From a virus (lineage: Duplodnaviria > Caudoviricetes): a DNA stretch of 24,148 nt. Positions 1-8,183 of this stretch are shown here, piece after piece. The position numbers were made by a program, and so were the translations under genes. The notes beneath the pieces were generated by a model. That model searched no databases, was not told where the DNA came from, and was given only the letters and a program-made list of their open reading frames with translations. Location of the stretch: positions 1 to 24,148 of IMG/VR virus record IMGVR_UViG_3300010398_000407, one strand, 5' to 3'. Position 1 is the first letter of the stretch. Every line of letters starts with the position of its first letter.

Positions 1-2
1 AT

Positions 3-110
3 CAACAGGCGCTACAGAACGCACTGGCGGTGATCGGTGACACCGACGTCTCTGCTGCGCTCGCGCAGATGATGCCTTACGCGCCCGGTATTCGCTCGCG
101 GGGCTACTAG
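3..110 (+). CDS. 3' end of a hypothetical protein (partial, runs off the window edge)
   Basis: Open frame ...QQALQNALAVIGDTDVSAALAQMMPYAPGIRSRGY ends at TAG 108-110, which overlaps the GTG of the next ORF. Confidence 0.55.
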   Translation, partial: QQALQNALAVIGDTDVSAALAQMMPYAPGIRSRGY

Positions 111-271
111 TGCCTTATGGACTGAGCAAGAAGATCGGTGGAGACACCGCTGCTAATGACGCCAAGATGGAGGACTGCATCAAGGCGGTGATGGCCAAGG
201 GCACACCGAAGCTGAACGCAATCCTGATCTGCAAGGCGTCGATCCAGAAATCCGCACAGAAAGGACAGTGA
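110..271 (+). CDS. Small hypothetical phage protein, 53 aa (not in ORF track)
   Basis: Hand translation MPYGLSKKIGGDTAANDAKMEDCIKAVMAKGTPKLNAILICKASIQKSAQKGQ. It is coupled at both ends (TAGTG, GTGA) and fills the gap exactly. Confidence 0.7.
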   Translation: MPYGLSKKIGGDTAANDAKMEDCIKAVMAKGTPKLNAILICKASIQKSAQKGQ

Positions 272-579
272 TGCCGAAGATCGCTGAGAAAGTCGATGAG
301 AAGCAGGACAAGGCGGCCAAGGACGAGCCGAAGGCTGCAGAAGATGCGCCGACGCCGAAGCCGACCGGGACGCTGAAGCCGGAAGAGATGCCGGAAGAGC
401 TGGGCAACGACTACCACACCTATGCCGAGGGTGGAATCGTTCAGGCCCGCTACGTGCCCGAGGAGGGTGTGTACATCATCGCCACTCCGAACGAGGACGG
501 GGGCTACGACGGCGAGTTCGTCGACGAAGAGGCGTTCAATGCCGACTACACCCCCATCTCACCGGCCAAGGTGCCCTAA
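268..579 (+). CDS. Acidic hypothetical protein, 103 aa
   Basis: AAAGGA SD upstream, GTGA overlap with the previous stop, GC3-biased codons. Confidence 0.75.
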   Translation: MMPKIAEKVDEKQDKAAKDEPKAAEDAPTPKPTGTLKPEEMPEELGNDYHTYAEGGIVQARYVPEEGVYIIATPNEDGGYDGEFVDEEAFNADYTPISPAKVP

Positions 580-828
580 CTGGCGTGGATCAGCCTGACC
601 GCGGTCGTAGCCGTCCTGATCTTGGGGGCGGTGATCCATGCGCTGCTTCGCACGCTGCGGGCGCGCGATCGTGAAGCACAACGGCGAGAAGCCGAACTGC
701 TGAACAGGCTGATGTTCCTCGCGGGGCGGCCGTGGGCAGAGCCTCCCCGCCCCGAGGAACGAACCTTTGAACTTCCGCCCGACGATGAGGTTGTCTGGCC
801 CGACGCGATCACGCTGGAGACCGAGTAG
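580..828 (+). CDS. Small membrane protein, 82 aa, probable CTG start
   Basis: The hydrophobic helix AWISLTAVVAVLILGAVIHALL begins right after TAA 579. AAGGTG at 568-573 precedes CTG 580. The track's TTG start at 622 cuts the helix. Confidence 0.65.
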   Translation: MAWISLTAVVAVLILGAVIHALLRTLRARDREAQRREAELLNRLMFLAGRPWAEPPRPEERTFELPPDDEVVWPDAITLETE

Positions 829-2949
829 ATGTCGATCATCCCTTTCCGCGAGGCGCCCTCAGCGTCGCTGAACGGCGATGAAGTCGCTGATCCCCAGCTT
901 CAGTACATAAAGGACCTGCGCGAGCAGTACATCAAGGACAGGCGGCGCTACGAGCCGACCTGGCATATCTGCCAAAGCTTCCTAGCGGGACGGCAATGGG
1001 TCGGTTGGAACCATCGCACCCGCCGGATCGTCGATCTTCCCAACCCGGCCGATCGGGAACGGCACACGGTCAACGTCGTTCCCCAGTACCACCAGACGGT
1101 GCTGGGAAAGTTGTACGTGGAAGACCTGCGTCCGGATTTGCTCTTTTCCCGCGACGATGTGGAAGCCGAAGCGGTTGGCCGCCACGCGCGCCTGCTGCTC
1201 AAGTACGCCTGGGAGAACGAGGTCGACGCCGACCGGCGGATCTACCTGGCGATCCACAAGATGCTCACCTGGGGCACGAGTGCCCTGCGCTGCGTCTGGG
1301 ATCCGACGCAAGGCGAGAAGATCGGGGACTTCCCGTTGGGGCCGGACGACGAGCCGATCATCGACCCGCAGCAGGCCCGTGCCTATGTGGTGGCGGCCCA
1401 GCAGCAAGGGATGCAGGTTCAGTTCAAGACGATCTACCAGGGCCGGATCACCTGGGAGCCGCTTGGCCCCTTCCAGTTCCTGGTTCCGCCGGGAGTCGAG
1501 GAGCCAGACAACTTCCAGTGTTTGTTCATCGAGCGGCCGATGTCGGTTCAGGCGGCGAAGATGCGCTGGCCCGAGACGGGTGCCAATCTGCAGGAACAGA
1601 ACCTGCGGATCAGCGACGCAAGAGAACTGTCAAGCGACGTGGCCGGTAGCCCCGCTGGGGGCGGGAACCTGAAAGGCCACGTGCTCGTCACGACCTACTA
1701 CGAGATGCCGAGTCTCGAATACGAGCAGGGGCGCACGATCATCTACAGCGCGAACACGAAGCTGGAGGACAACCAACAGTTGCCCTACACGCTGCGTGGC
1801 AAGCCCCATCACGGCGTCATCTTCTATCGCTACCACCTGGTCGACGGGCGCTTCTGGGGGAAAGGGATCGTCGAGGATCTGATCGGGCCGCAGCGCCAGC
1901 GCAACCGTGCGCGCAGCCAGCTGATCGAAATCAAGGATCGAAATCTCGGGCGTGTGTACGCTCGGAAAGGCACATTAACGCCAGCGAATAGGCCGGTCGG
2001 AAAGATCATGGAAGTGATCGAGATCCCGTTGCACTCCGACTTTCCGCAGGAAACACCCGGCATCCCGCCCGGTGCCTGGGTGATGCAGGAAGTCGAGATG
2101 AACGACGCCGACATGGACAAGGTCGCCGGTCTGCGCGAGGTCACACTGGGCCAGGCCCCGACCGGCGTCTCGGCCTACGCGGCGATGGCGTTGCTCTCCG
2201 AACAGGACGAACGGCGGATCGGCCCGGTGCTGAAGAACATCCGGATCGGAATCGCAGACGACGTTCACCTGACACTCGATTTGATCCGGCGCTACTGGCC
2301 GGACGGAAAGCAGCTGGCCGTTGTGGGCACCGACGGCCAGCTGGACGAGTTCATCTTCCAGCGAAGCTTGCTGCCCCCCGAGTTCTACGTGGAGATCGCC
2401 AAGCACGCGCCGCTGCCATCATCCCCGGCGGCCGATGCCCAAATGGTGTTCGACATCTACAACGCGGCCATCGCTGCAGGCCAGCCGCTCCCCCCAGACT
2501 GGTTGCGCGACTCCTTGCAGTCTGGGCGGGTGCTTCCCTTTCCCACCAGGGAAGACCAGGTCCAGCGCAAGAAGGCGGAGATGGAGCACTACTTCCTCCA
2601 TCAGGGGCAGCAGATCATGCCTGACCCGTTCGACATCGACCAGCTGCACCTGATGGTCCACCGGGGGGAGCGGTTCCAGGTTCAGATGGCACCAGGAAAC
2701 GAGCTGTACGTTCAGACGCTGCTGCAGCATGAGCAGCTGCACCTGGAGAACATGAAGCAGAAGACGATGGCCTCGGGCGGGTTGCCGATGCAGGGTGAGA
2801 CCGGCGGGCAGCCGAACGCTCCGCAGCTTCAGGGTGGGCACGGCGTCGAAGCCAGGGCTGGTCCTCCGAACAGCAGCCCGCAAGGGGTGGCACAGCAAGC
2901 AACCGGTAGGGCGCCTGTCCAGCAACCGCAGATCGGAGGAGGGCAATGA
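829..2949 (+). CDS. Portal protein (podovirus/P22-like), 706 aa
   Basis: Size and position before scaffold and capsid. Portal-like segments FLAGRQW, TWGTSALRCVWD, FWGKGIVEDLIGPQRQRN and DMDKVAGLREVTLG. Q/G-rich C-terminal tail; GGAG SD. Confidence 0.88.
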   Translation: MSIIPFREAPSASLNGDEVADPQLQYIKDLREQYIKDRRRYEPTWHICQSFLAGRQWVGWNHRTRRIVDLPNPADRERHTVNVVPQYHQTVLGKLYVEDLRPDLLFSRDDVEAEAVGRHARLLLKYAWENEVDADRRIYLAIHKMLTWGTSALRCVWDPTQGEKIGDFPLGPDDEPIIDPQQARAYVVAAQQQGMQVQFKTIYQGRITWEPLGPFQFLVPPGVEEPDNFQCLFIERPMSVQAAKMRWPETGANLQEQNLRISDARELSSDVAGSPAGGGNLKGHVLVTTYYEMPSLEYEQGRTIIYSANTKLEDNQQLPYTLRGKPHHGVIFYRYHLVDGRFWGKGIVEDLIGPQRQRNRARSQLIEIKDRNLGRVYARKGTLTPANRPVGKIMEVIEIPLHSDFPQETPGIPPGAWVMQEVEMNDADMDKVAGLREVTLGQAPTGVSAYAAMALLSEQDERRIGPVLKNIRIGIADDVHLTLDLIRRYWPDGKQLAVVGTDGQLDEFIFQRSLLPPEFYVEIAKHAPLPSSPAADAQMVFDIYNAAIAAGQPLPPDWLRDSLQSGRVLPFPTREDQVQRKKAEMEHYFLHQGQQIMPDPFDIDQLHLMVHRGERFQVQMAPGNELYVQTLLQHEQLHLENMKQKTMASGGLPMQGETGGQPNAPQLQGGHGVEARAGPPNSSPQGVAQQATGRAPVQQPQIGGGQ

Positions 2950-3527
2950 GCCGCAGCCGTGTTTTCGAAGACTGGTTGGAAAGCCTGGACTCCGACTCGT
3001 CTCAGACGCCAAACTTTGTTGACGATGCGGCGTTCGCTCGGGCGCTGCAGGCCGGAGGTCTGGCGCAGTCCCTGCCGGGTGCGGCAGCGACGATCCTGAC
3101 CAACATTCCCAAGCTGACGCAGACCTCGAAGTCCGACGCAACCCTCGCGGCCGATCCCGATCTGAAGGTCCAGACGGTGAACGCCGGTGTCTACGAGATT
3201 GAGATCTTCTTGGTCTACTCGTCGGCGGTCAACACGACCGACTTCAAGGTCTGCTTTGGCGAAGATACAACGAATCGCGGGTTGGTCTGGGGCTTCTGCC
3301 TCAACCCCTCTGACGCTGCTTTCTCGGGTGCTGCGGGCGCCGATTCGACCAGTGTTTTCAACGCCGGTACCCAGGGTGGAAACGTTGCCCGGGGCGCCTA
3401 CTTTCGCGCTATCTATACCGGTGGCGGCGGCATCTTCCGCGTTCTCTGGGCGCAGAACACTCTCGATGCAGCCAACCCGACTTACGTGCTGCCGGGATCC
3501 GCGCTGCGCTGGCGGAGGGCGTTCTAA
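2946..3527 (+). CDS. Hypothetical structural protein with beta-rich C-terminal domain (possible fibre head or decoration protein), 193 aa
   Basis: ATGA overlap with the portal stop and GGAGG SD. Alternating hydrophobic strands (GVYEIEIFLVY, DFKVCF, GAYFRAIY, IFRVLWAQ). Confidence 0.6.
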   Translation: MSRSRVFEDWLESLDSDSSQTPNFVDDAAFARALQAGGLAQSLPGAAATILTNIPKLTQTSKSDATLAADPDLKVQTVNAGVYEIEIFLVYSSAVNTTDFKVCFGEDTTNRGLVWGFCLNPSDAAFSGAAGADSTSVFNAGTQGGNVARGAYFRAIYTGGGGIFRVLWAQNTLDAANPTYVLPGSALRWRRAF

Positions 3528-3557
3528 CGTCCGGCGCTTCCTCTACGGTTTCTCCGG

Positions 3558-3566
3558 TGGTAACGT
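3558..3566 (+). promoter_or_regulatory. Putative extended -10 promoter (TGGTAACGT) for scaffold/capsid
   Basis: TGn-TAnnnT match in the 52-nt intergenic gap; no good -35. Confidence 0.35.
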
Positions 3567-3579
3567 CCCGAGCTGAAAC

Positions 3580-4260
3580 GTGAGCGAAGTCGAGTTTGAA
3601 GACGGCGGCCAAGGCTCTGAAGAGTGGAGTGGCCCGTCCCAAGAGGAATGGCAGGGGCTTGTTGGTTTTCAGCAACAGGTCACACCGTTCCTTTCTGAGC
3701 TAGCTCAGGCGCTGCAGGACCCGGGGCAGGGCTACAACGACGCCCAGGGGTACCAGCCACAAGAGCAGCAGCCACAGCAGCCAGAGTTCGACCCTTGGGA
3801 TCCGAACTCGGTTCAGGGCTTCATCCAGCAAGGGATCCAAGAAGGGATCCAACAGGCGCTGGGACCGTACTCCGGGATCCTCGGAATCGTCGCTTCTCGT
3901 GAAGGGGAGCAGATGGCCCACGACGAACTGGACAAGATCCGGGCCGAAGTGGGCGACTTTGACAAGGACACCGCGTTCCTTGTTGCGTCAGGGCTGATCG
4001 ACCAGGGTCACGACCCTGCAGCGGCGCTACGACAGGGTGCTCAGTTCTCCAAGGAGATGGAAGCACGCATCCGGGCGGACGAACGGCAGAAGTACACCGG
4101 AGAGATTAAGCAGATCGCAACTGGCAGTGGCGATCTTCCCGCAGGTCAGGGAGCCGCAGAACAGGTATCTGGTCCACCCGGCCAGGGTGGGGCGGAGAAG
4201 TACGAGCTGGTCATCCGTAATGCCTTGGCCAACGGGCATCCGACGATGCCTGTCGGCTAG
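3580..4260 (+). CDS. Capsid scaffolding protein, 226 aa
   Basis: Acidic, Q-rich, predicted helical protein immediately upstream of the major capsid gene. Confidence 0.72.
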   Translation: MSEVEFEDGGQGSEEWSGPSQEEWQGLVGFQQQVTPFLSELAQALQDPGQGYNDAQGYQPQEQQPQQPEFDPWDPNSVQGFIQQGIQEGIQQALGPYSGILGIVASREGEQMAHDELDKIRAEVGDFDKDTAFLVASGLIDQGHDPAAALRQGAQFSKEMEARIRADERQKYTGEIKQIATGSGDLPAGQGAAEQVSGPPGQGGAEKYELVIRNALANGHPTMPVG

Positions 4261-4277
4261 CGACAAGGGAGCGAACA

Positions 4278-5504
4278 ATGGCAGACGAACGGGTTTCAAC
4301 CTGGGCGAACCTGATGCGGGAGGCCAAGGGTCCCCTTGTCGAGGCGCTCAAGTGGAAGACAGTTCTCCTTTCGGAGGTCCGGCGGGACTCAAACGCGCGC
4401 CGTTGGTCAGGCAAGCAGATCACGATTCCGATCTTTCTCGCGCCGCAGCAGGGCGCCGGGGGCATCACCGAGACGGGACAGCTGAACGCACCGCACGTTG
4501 TCGACACGACGCAGGCCGCGATCACGTCGGGGATCGTCGCCATCGCGATCAGCTTCTCGACGCAGGTGCTGAACCAGGCCAAGGGCGACGAGAACGTCTG
4601 GGCCGAGGTGATGCCGACGAAGATGCAGCGCGCCGAAGACGCCTTCGGCCGGGTGATCAACGAGATGATGACCGGAACCGGGGATGCGCTCCTGGCTGCC
4701 GTCGGTACAGGAACTGCCGCCTCGGGTGGTGCCACGCAGACGATCAACGTCGGAGTGGCGGCGAACTTCTACCAGCTGTACGTGGGCAGGCTGGTCGAGG
4801 TCCGCAACCGGACGACGGGTGTGCTGGTCAACGCCCAGGTCGTGCGTATCTCGGACTACAACACGACCACGGGCATCGTCACGGTCGTCAACGCCGACGG
4901 CTCCGCGACCAGCTTTGCCACGGCGACCACCGACGGGATCTACATCGAAGGCTCGTTCGGCAACTCGATCCAGGGCCTGCAGGCCGCCGTCGCCACGACC
5001 GGCATCTTCCAGAACATCAACAAGTCGAACGTGCCTGCCTGGCGCGGCGTCGATGCTTCGCCGGGTTCGGCCACCGACCCAGGCTTGGCCGTCTTCGACA
5101 GTGCCGAGCGCCGGGTCTACTCGGTCTCGGGGCGACAGCCGGACTTCTACCTTTGCGACCCCGCTGTGATCGACAAGTTCAGCCAGGGCCTCACCTCTTC
5201 GGCCCGTTGGGCAGGCGAAGCGGGAACGCTCGCCACCGGCTGGACAGGGGTTCGCTACCGGAACAAGCTGCTCGTCCCGGACTTCGACATGGCGGCCAAG
5301 ACGGCGATCGGCGTGCAGCTGCAGGACATGGCGATCTACACGCTCGACCAGGGGCCGGACTGGGACGACCACACAGGAGCGATCCTGCAGCGCTTCCAGA
5401 CCCGGTCGCTGCCGGTCGAGGCGTGGCTCGTCTGGATGCTGCAGTTCGGCTTCGAGGCGTGCAACGGCCTCGTCAAGATCGGCAACCTCAACCAGGCCTC
5501 GTAG
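4278..5504 (+). CDS. Major capsid protein, 408 aa
   Basis: Follows the scaffold; AAGGGAG SD; very strong GC3 codon bias. Capsid-like segments (GKQITIPIF, GGITETGQL, GWTGVRYRNKLLVPD, NGLVKIGNL). Followed by a strong hairpin. Confidence 0.85.
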   Translation: MADERVSTWANLMREAKGPLVEALKWKTVLLSEVRRDSNARRWSGKQITIPIFLAPQQGAGGITETGQLNAPHVVDTTQAAITSGIVAIAISFSTQVLNQAKGDENVWAEVMPTKMQRAEDAFGRVINEMMTGTGDALLAAVGTGTAASGGATQTINVGVAANFYQLYVGRLVEVRNRTTGVLVNAQVVRISDYNTTTGIVTVVNADGSATSFATATTDGIYIEGSFGNSIQGLQAAVATTGIFQNINKSNVPAWRGVDASPGSATDPGLAVFDSAERRVYSVSGRQPDFYLCDPAVIDKFSQGLTSSARWAGEAGTLATGWTGVRYRNKLLVPDFDMAAKTAIGVQLQDMAIYTLDQGPDWDDHTGAILQRFQTRSLPVEAWLVWMLQFGFEACNGLVKIGNLNQAS

Positions 5505-5519
5505 GTTTCCTCCGCTCAA

Positions 5520-5558
5520 CAATCAGGAAGGAGTCGCTGACCGGCTCCTTCCTGATTG
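5520..5558 (+). terminator. Intrinsic terminator-like hairpin after the capsid gene
   Basis: CAATCAGGAAGGAGTCG / CGGCTCCTTCCTGATTG forms a 17-bp stem with one G-U pair and a 5-nt loop. No U-tract. Confidence 0.7.
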
Positions 5559-5575
5559 GGAAGTAGGATCCGCTC

Positions 5576-6010
5576 ATGTCGGTGTACCGCTCAGGTGGCT
5601 TGTATGTCGTCGAGCAGGCGTCACCTCGGGACCGGGTTCAGAAGCAGCTGAAGGAGATCGACGACCGGCTGTTCCTGGAGAAGCAGATCAGCTTCGACAA
5701 CAAGCCGGTCTGGTGTGTCGTTTGCCATGTGGGCGGTGATCAGCCCTTGCTGACGCTGATCGAGTACCGAGACGACAACGGGGAGCCGATCCCCGAGCCA
5801 GGCGACCACCTGATCTGGCGGGTCGCGCAGATGGAACGTGACGCCGGGCGGCTTTCGAAACGGGTGCTGGAAGCGAACCACAGGCTGATCGAGGGCCGGA
5901 AGCAGCAGACCAGAGAAGAGATCTCGGAGATCACGCGCGACGTGTACCGGATGGACAAGCGGCTGCCGCTCTTCCACCGTGGCCTACACCTGCGGGGGAG
6001 GAAGCCGTGA
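5576..6010 (+). CDS. Hypothetical protein, 144 aa
   Basis: ATG start, GTGA coupling to the next gene, phage-like codon bias. Confidence 0.75.
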   Translation: MSVYRSGGLYVVEQASPRDRVQKQLKEIDDRLFLEKQISFDNKPVWCVVCHVGGDQPLLTLIEYRDDNGEPIPEPGDHLIWRVAQMERDAGRLSKRVLEANHRLIEGRKQQTREEISEITRDVYRMDKRLPLFHRGLHLRGRKP

Positions 6011-6660
6011 GCGTCCCGACCGGAGGGCTGGCCTACTCGGACATCCGGCTGGAGCTTTCCAGCCAGCGCTTCGGCACCCAGCTGGTGCCTTCGATCAACC
6101 GCTGGATCAACACTCGCTACGGCGTCATCTGGGGTGACTCGGAGTGGCCCTTTAAGCGCATCCGGCGTGAAACCTGGGCGGTATCCGGCGCCGCACCCGT
6201 GATGCCGCCCGCCTACTGGAAGACGACGAGGCTTGAAACCAGCACCGGCGACGTGTTGGTCTTCCTGGACACGGACGATTTCGACGACGCCTATCCGGTG
6301 GGGACACCGGTGGGATCAACGCCGGAGGCGTACACGGTGCTGGCGGGTCAGCTGTACATCGGCCCCACCTGCGGGGCGGTCACGCTTTACCACTCCTACG
6401 AGCGTCGCCCCTGTCACTACAACACCGCGGACGTGGTCGTGCCTGGACTGCTGAGCGCCGATACGGACTACCCGATCTGGCCGCCGGAATGGCACTACGC
6501 GCTCGTTGTCGGGGCTGGCGCCGTCGGGCTGAAGATGCAGAACGACCCCACCTGGGATGCGCTCGAACAGGAGTTCGGGACGATCCTGAACTCGATGCGG
6601 GAGGACTTGCTGCCACCGGACCAGTACGCGAACACGCAGTACGGCCGGGATACGGACTGA
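6007..6660 (+). CDS. Head-tail adaptor / tail tubular protein A-like, 217 aa
   Basis: Adaptor-like pattern INRWIN...EWPF, PEAYTVLAGQLYIGP, DYPIWPPEWHYALVVGA; position between capsid and nozzle. Confidence 0.72.
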   Translation: MSVPTGGLAYSDIRLELSSQRFGTQLVPSINRWINTRYGVIWGDSEWPFKRIRRETWAVSGAAPVMPPAYWKTTRLETSTGDVLVFLDTDDFDDAYPVGTPVGSTPEAYTVLAGQLYIGPTCGAVTLYHSYERRPCHYNTADVVVPGLLSADTDYPIWPPEWHYALVVGAGAVGLKMQNDPTWDALEQEFGTILNSMREDLLPPDQYANTQYGRDTD

Positions 6661-8183
6661 TGCCGCGGAGCGTCTTCTCGGTCAACCGTCTCTACCGCTA
6701 CATGCGGGCCTTCCAGGTGGCGGACTTTTCCGGTGGCTGGAACTCGAAAGCAGCCCCGACACTCCTGGGCGTGAACGAATCGCCCGACATGCTGAACATG
6801 ACCCTGGACGAACAGGGCGGGATCTCGAAGCGGCTCGGCTATCAGTCAGTGGCAACAGCACCCGGGACAGGAACACCGACAGTGATCTTCTGGTGGGAAT
6901 CGGGCCAGAAGCTGATCGTCCAGATCGCGAACGTGATCTACGCAAGCGGGGATCTCAGCAGCTGGGTGACGTTGGGCACGGTCCCCGACAACAGCAGGGT
7001 CGCCTTCACCGACTTTGCCCCGGCCGCGACACCGACGCTCGTTGCCGTTCACAAGATCGGTGGCGTCTACACATCGACCGGAGCATCGGGATCTTGGACA
7101 GCTATCTCCGGTAGCCCGAAAGGCAACTGCATCGCCACCTGGCAGAACAAGGTCTGGGTGGCCGGTGATCCGAACGCCGTCGCCCGCGTCTACGCCTCGA
7201 ACGCCGGGGACCCGACACTCTGGACTGTCGGCACCGACTACAACGACATGCGCGAGAAGGACAACGCGCCCATCACCGCGCTCGTCTCCGGCCAGGGCCG
7301 GGATGAGAACGGCGATCCCGGGCTGATGGTTTTCAAGGACAGCTGGTGGGGCAGGATCAGCGACCCGAAGACGGGTACCACCTTCGGCAAGTACACGACT
7401 TTGCACAACGAAGCCGGGGCCTCCGGCCCGGAAGCCGTCTGCACCAGCATGAACGGGCAGATCGTCAGCGTTCACGAGCACGGGATTCACATGTCTGACG
7501 GTGTCCACGCGCCCGTCTATGTGTCGGGGAAGATCGAGAACGTCTTCGCGCCCGGATACCTGAACCTGACACAGGCGCGGATGTGGACCTGCTCGCCCTG
7601 GCGCGACCGGGTGATCGTCTCGGTAACACGCACCGGGTCCACCTACCCGGATTTCAGCTTGGAGTTTCATCCGGTGCTGGGTTGGATCGTGCCGCACAGC
7701 ATCGGCTTCACCAGCCTGACGAGCTGCGATCTCGGCGGAGTTCCCAGGCTACTCGGCGGCTCGACCGCGGACGGCCGTGTCTTCCAGGTCTTCAAGGGCT
7801 GGGCCGACGACGGACAGAACATCGCGGCTCACTACCAGACACGCTGGTTCGCAGTCGCTGGTGGCTACATGATCCGGATGCGCCGGACTCGGCTTATCGC
7901 CCGGGGGACATTCGACTTCTACACCAAGGGCGACCAGACCGAAGACGCCGGTGTCTACAACCATTTCGTCGGTGATTTGCCCTCGATCTGGACGAATCAG
8001 GAGCACCCGTTCGACGACTTCTTTTCTCTTGGGGTAGCGAAGACCGTTTCCTGGCGCGTCGAGGAGACATCTCAAACGACCGCCTACGGGCGTACTCTGC
8101 TTCCTAGCGGCCAACCCGAAGAGATCGGATCCTTCTCCGTGTATGGATTCCTGCTCGACTACGTGAGGCTCGGCTACAGCTGA
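6660..8183 (+). CDS. Tail nozzle / DNA-stabilisation protein (P22 gp10 or tubular protein B-like), 507 aa
   Basis: Start reassigned to ATG 6660 (TGATG coupling). N-terminal DFSGGWN...NMTLDEQGGISKRLGY and beta-propeller-like segments (WQNKVWVAG, VYAS, LMVFK). Confidence 0.75.
   Translation: MPRSVFSVNRLYRYMRAFQVADFSGGWNSKAAPTLLGVNESPDMLNMTLDEQGGISKRLGYQSVATAPGTGTPTVIFWWESGQKLIVQIANVIYASGDLSSWVTLGTVPDNSRVAFTDFAPAATPTLVAVHKIGGVYTSTGASGSWTAISGSPKGNCIATWQNKVWVAGDPNAVARVYASNAGDPTLWTVGTDYNDMREKDNAPITALVSGQGRDENGDPGLMVFKDSWWGRISDPKTGTTFGKYTTLHNEAGASGPEAVCTSMNGQIVSVHEHGIHMSDGVHAPVYVSGKIENVFAPGYLNLTQARMWTCSPWRDRVIVSVTRTGSTYPDFSLEFHPVLGWIVPHSIGFTSLTSCDLGGVPRLLGGSTADGRVFQVFKGWADDGQNIAAHYQTRWFAVAGGYMIRMRRTRLIARGTFDFYTKGDQTEDAGVYNHFVGDLPSIWTNQEHPFDDFFSLGVAKTVSWRVEETSQTTAYGRTLLPSGQPEEIGSFSVYGFLLDYVRLGYS

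Noticed and set aside
4037-5566. 509-aa + strand and 371-aa - strand ORFs overlapping the capsid gene; possible capsid frameshift extension
   Set aside because: R/G-rich shadow frames expected from strong GC3 bias; I saw no slippery heptamer near the capsid stop.
6489-6659. Track's longer N-terminus for the nozzle protein
   Set aside because: It overlaps the adaptor gene by over 170 nt; TGATG coupling at 6660 is more plausible.
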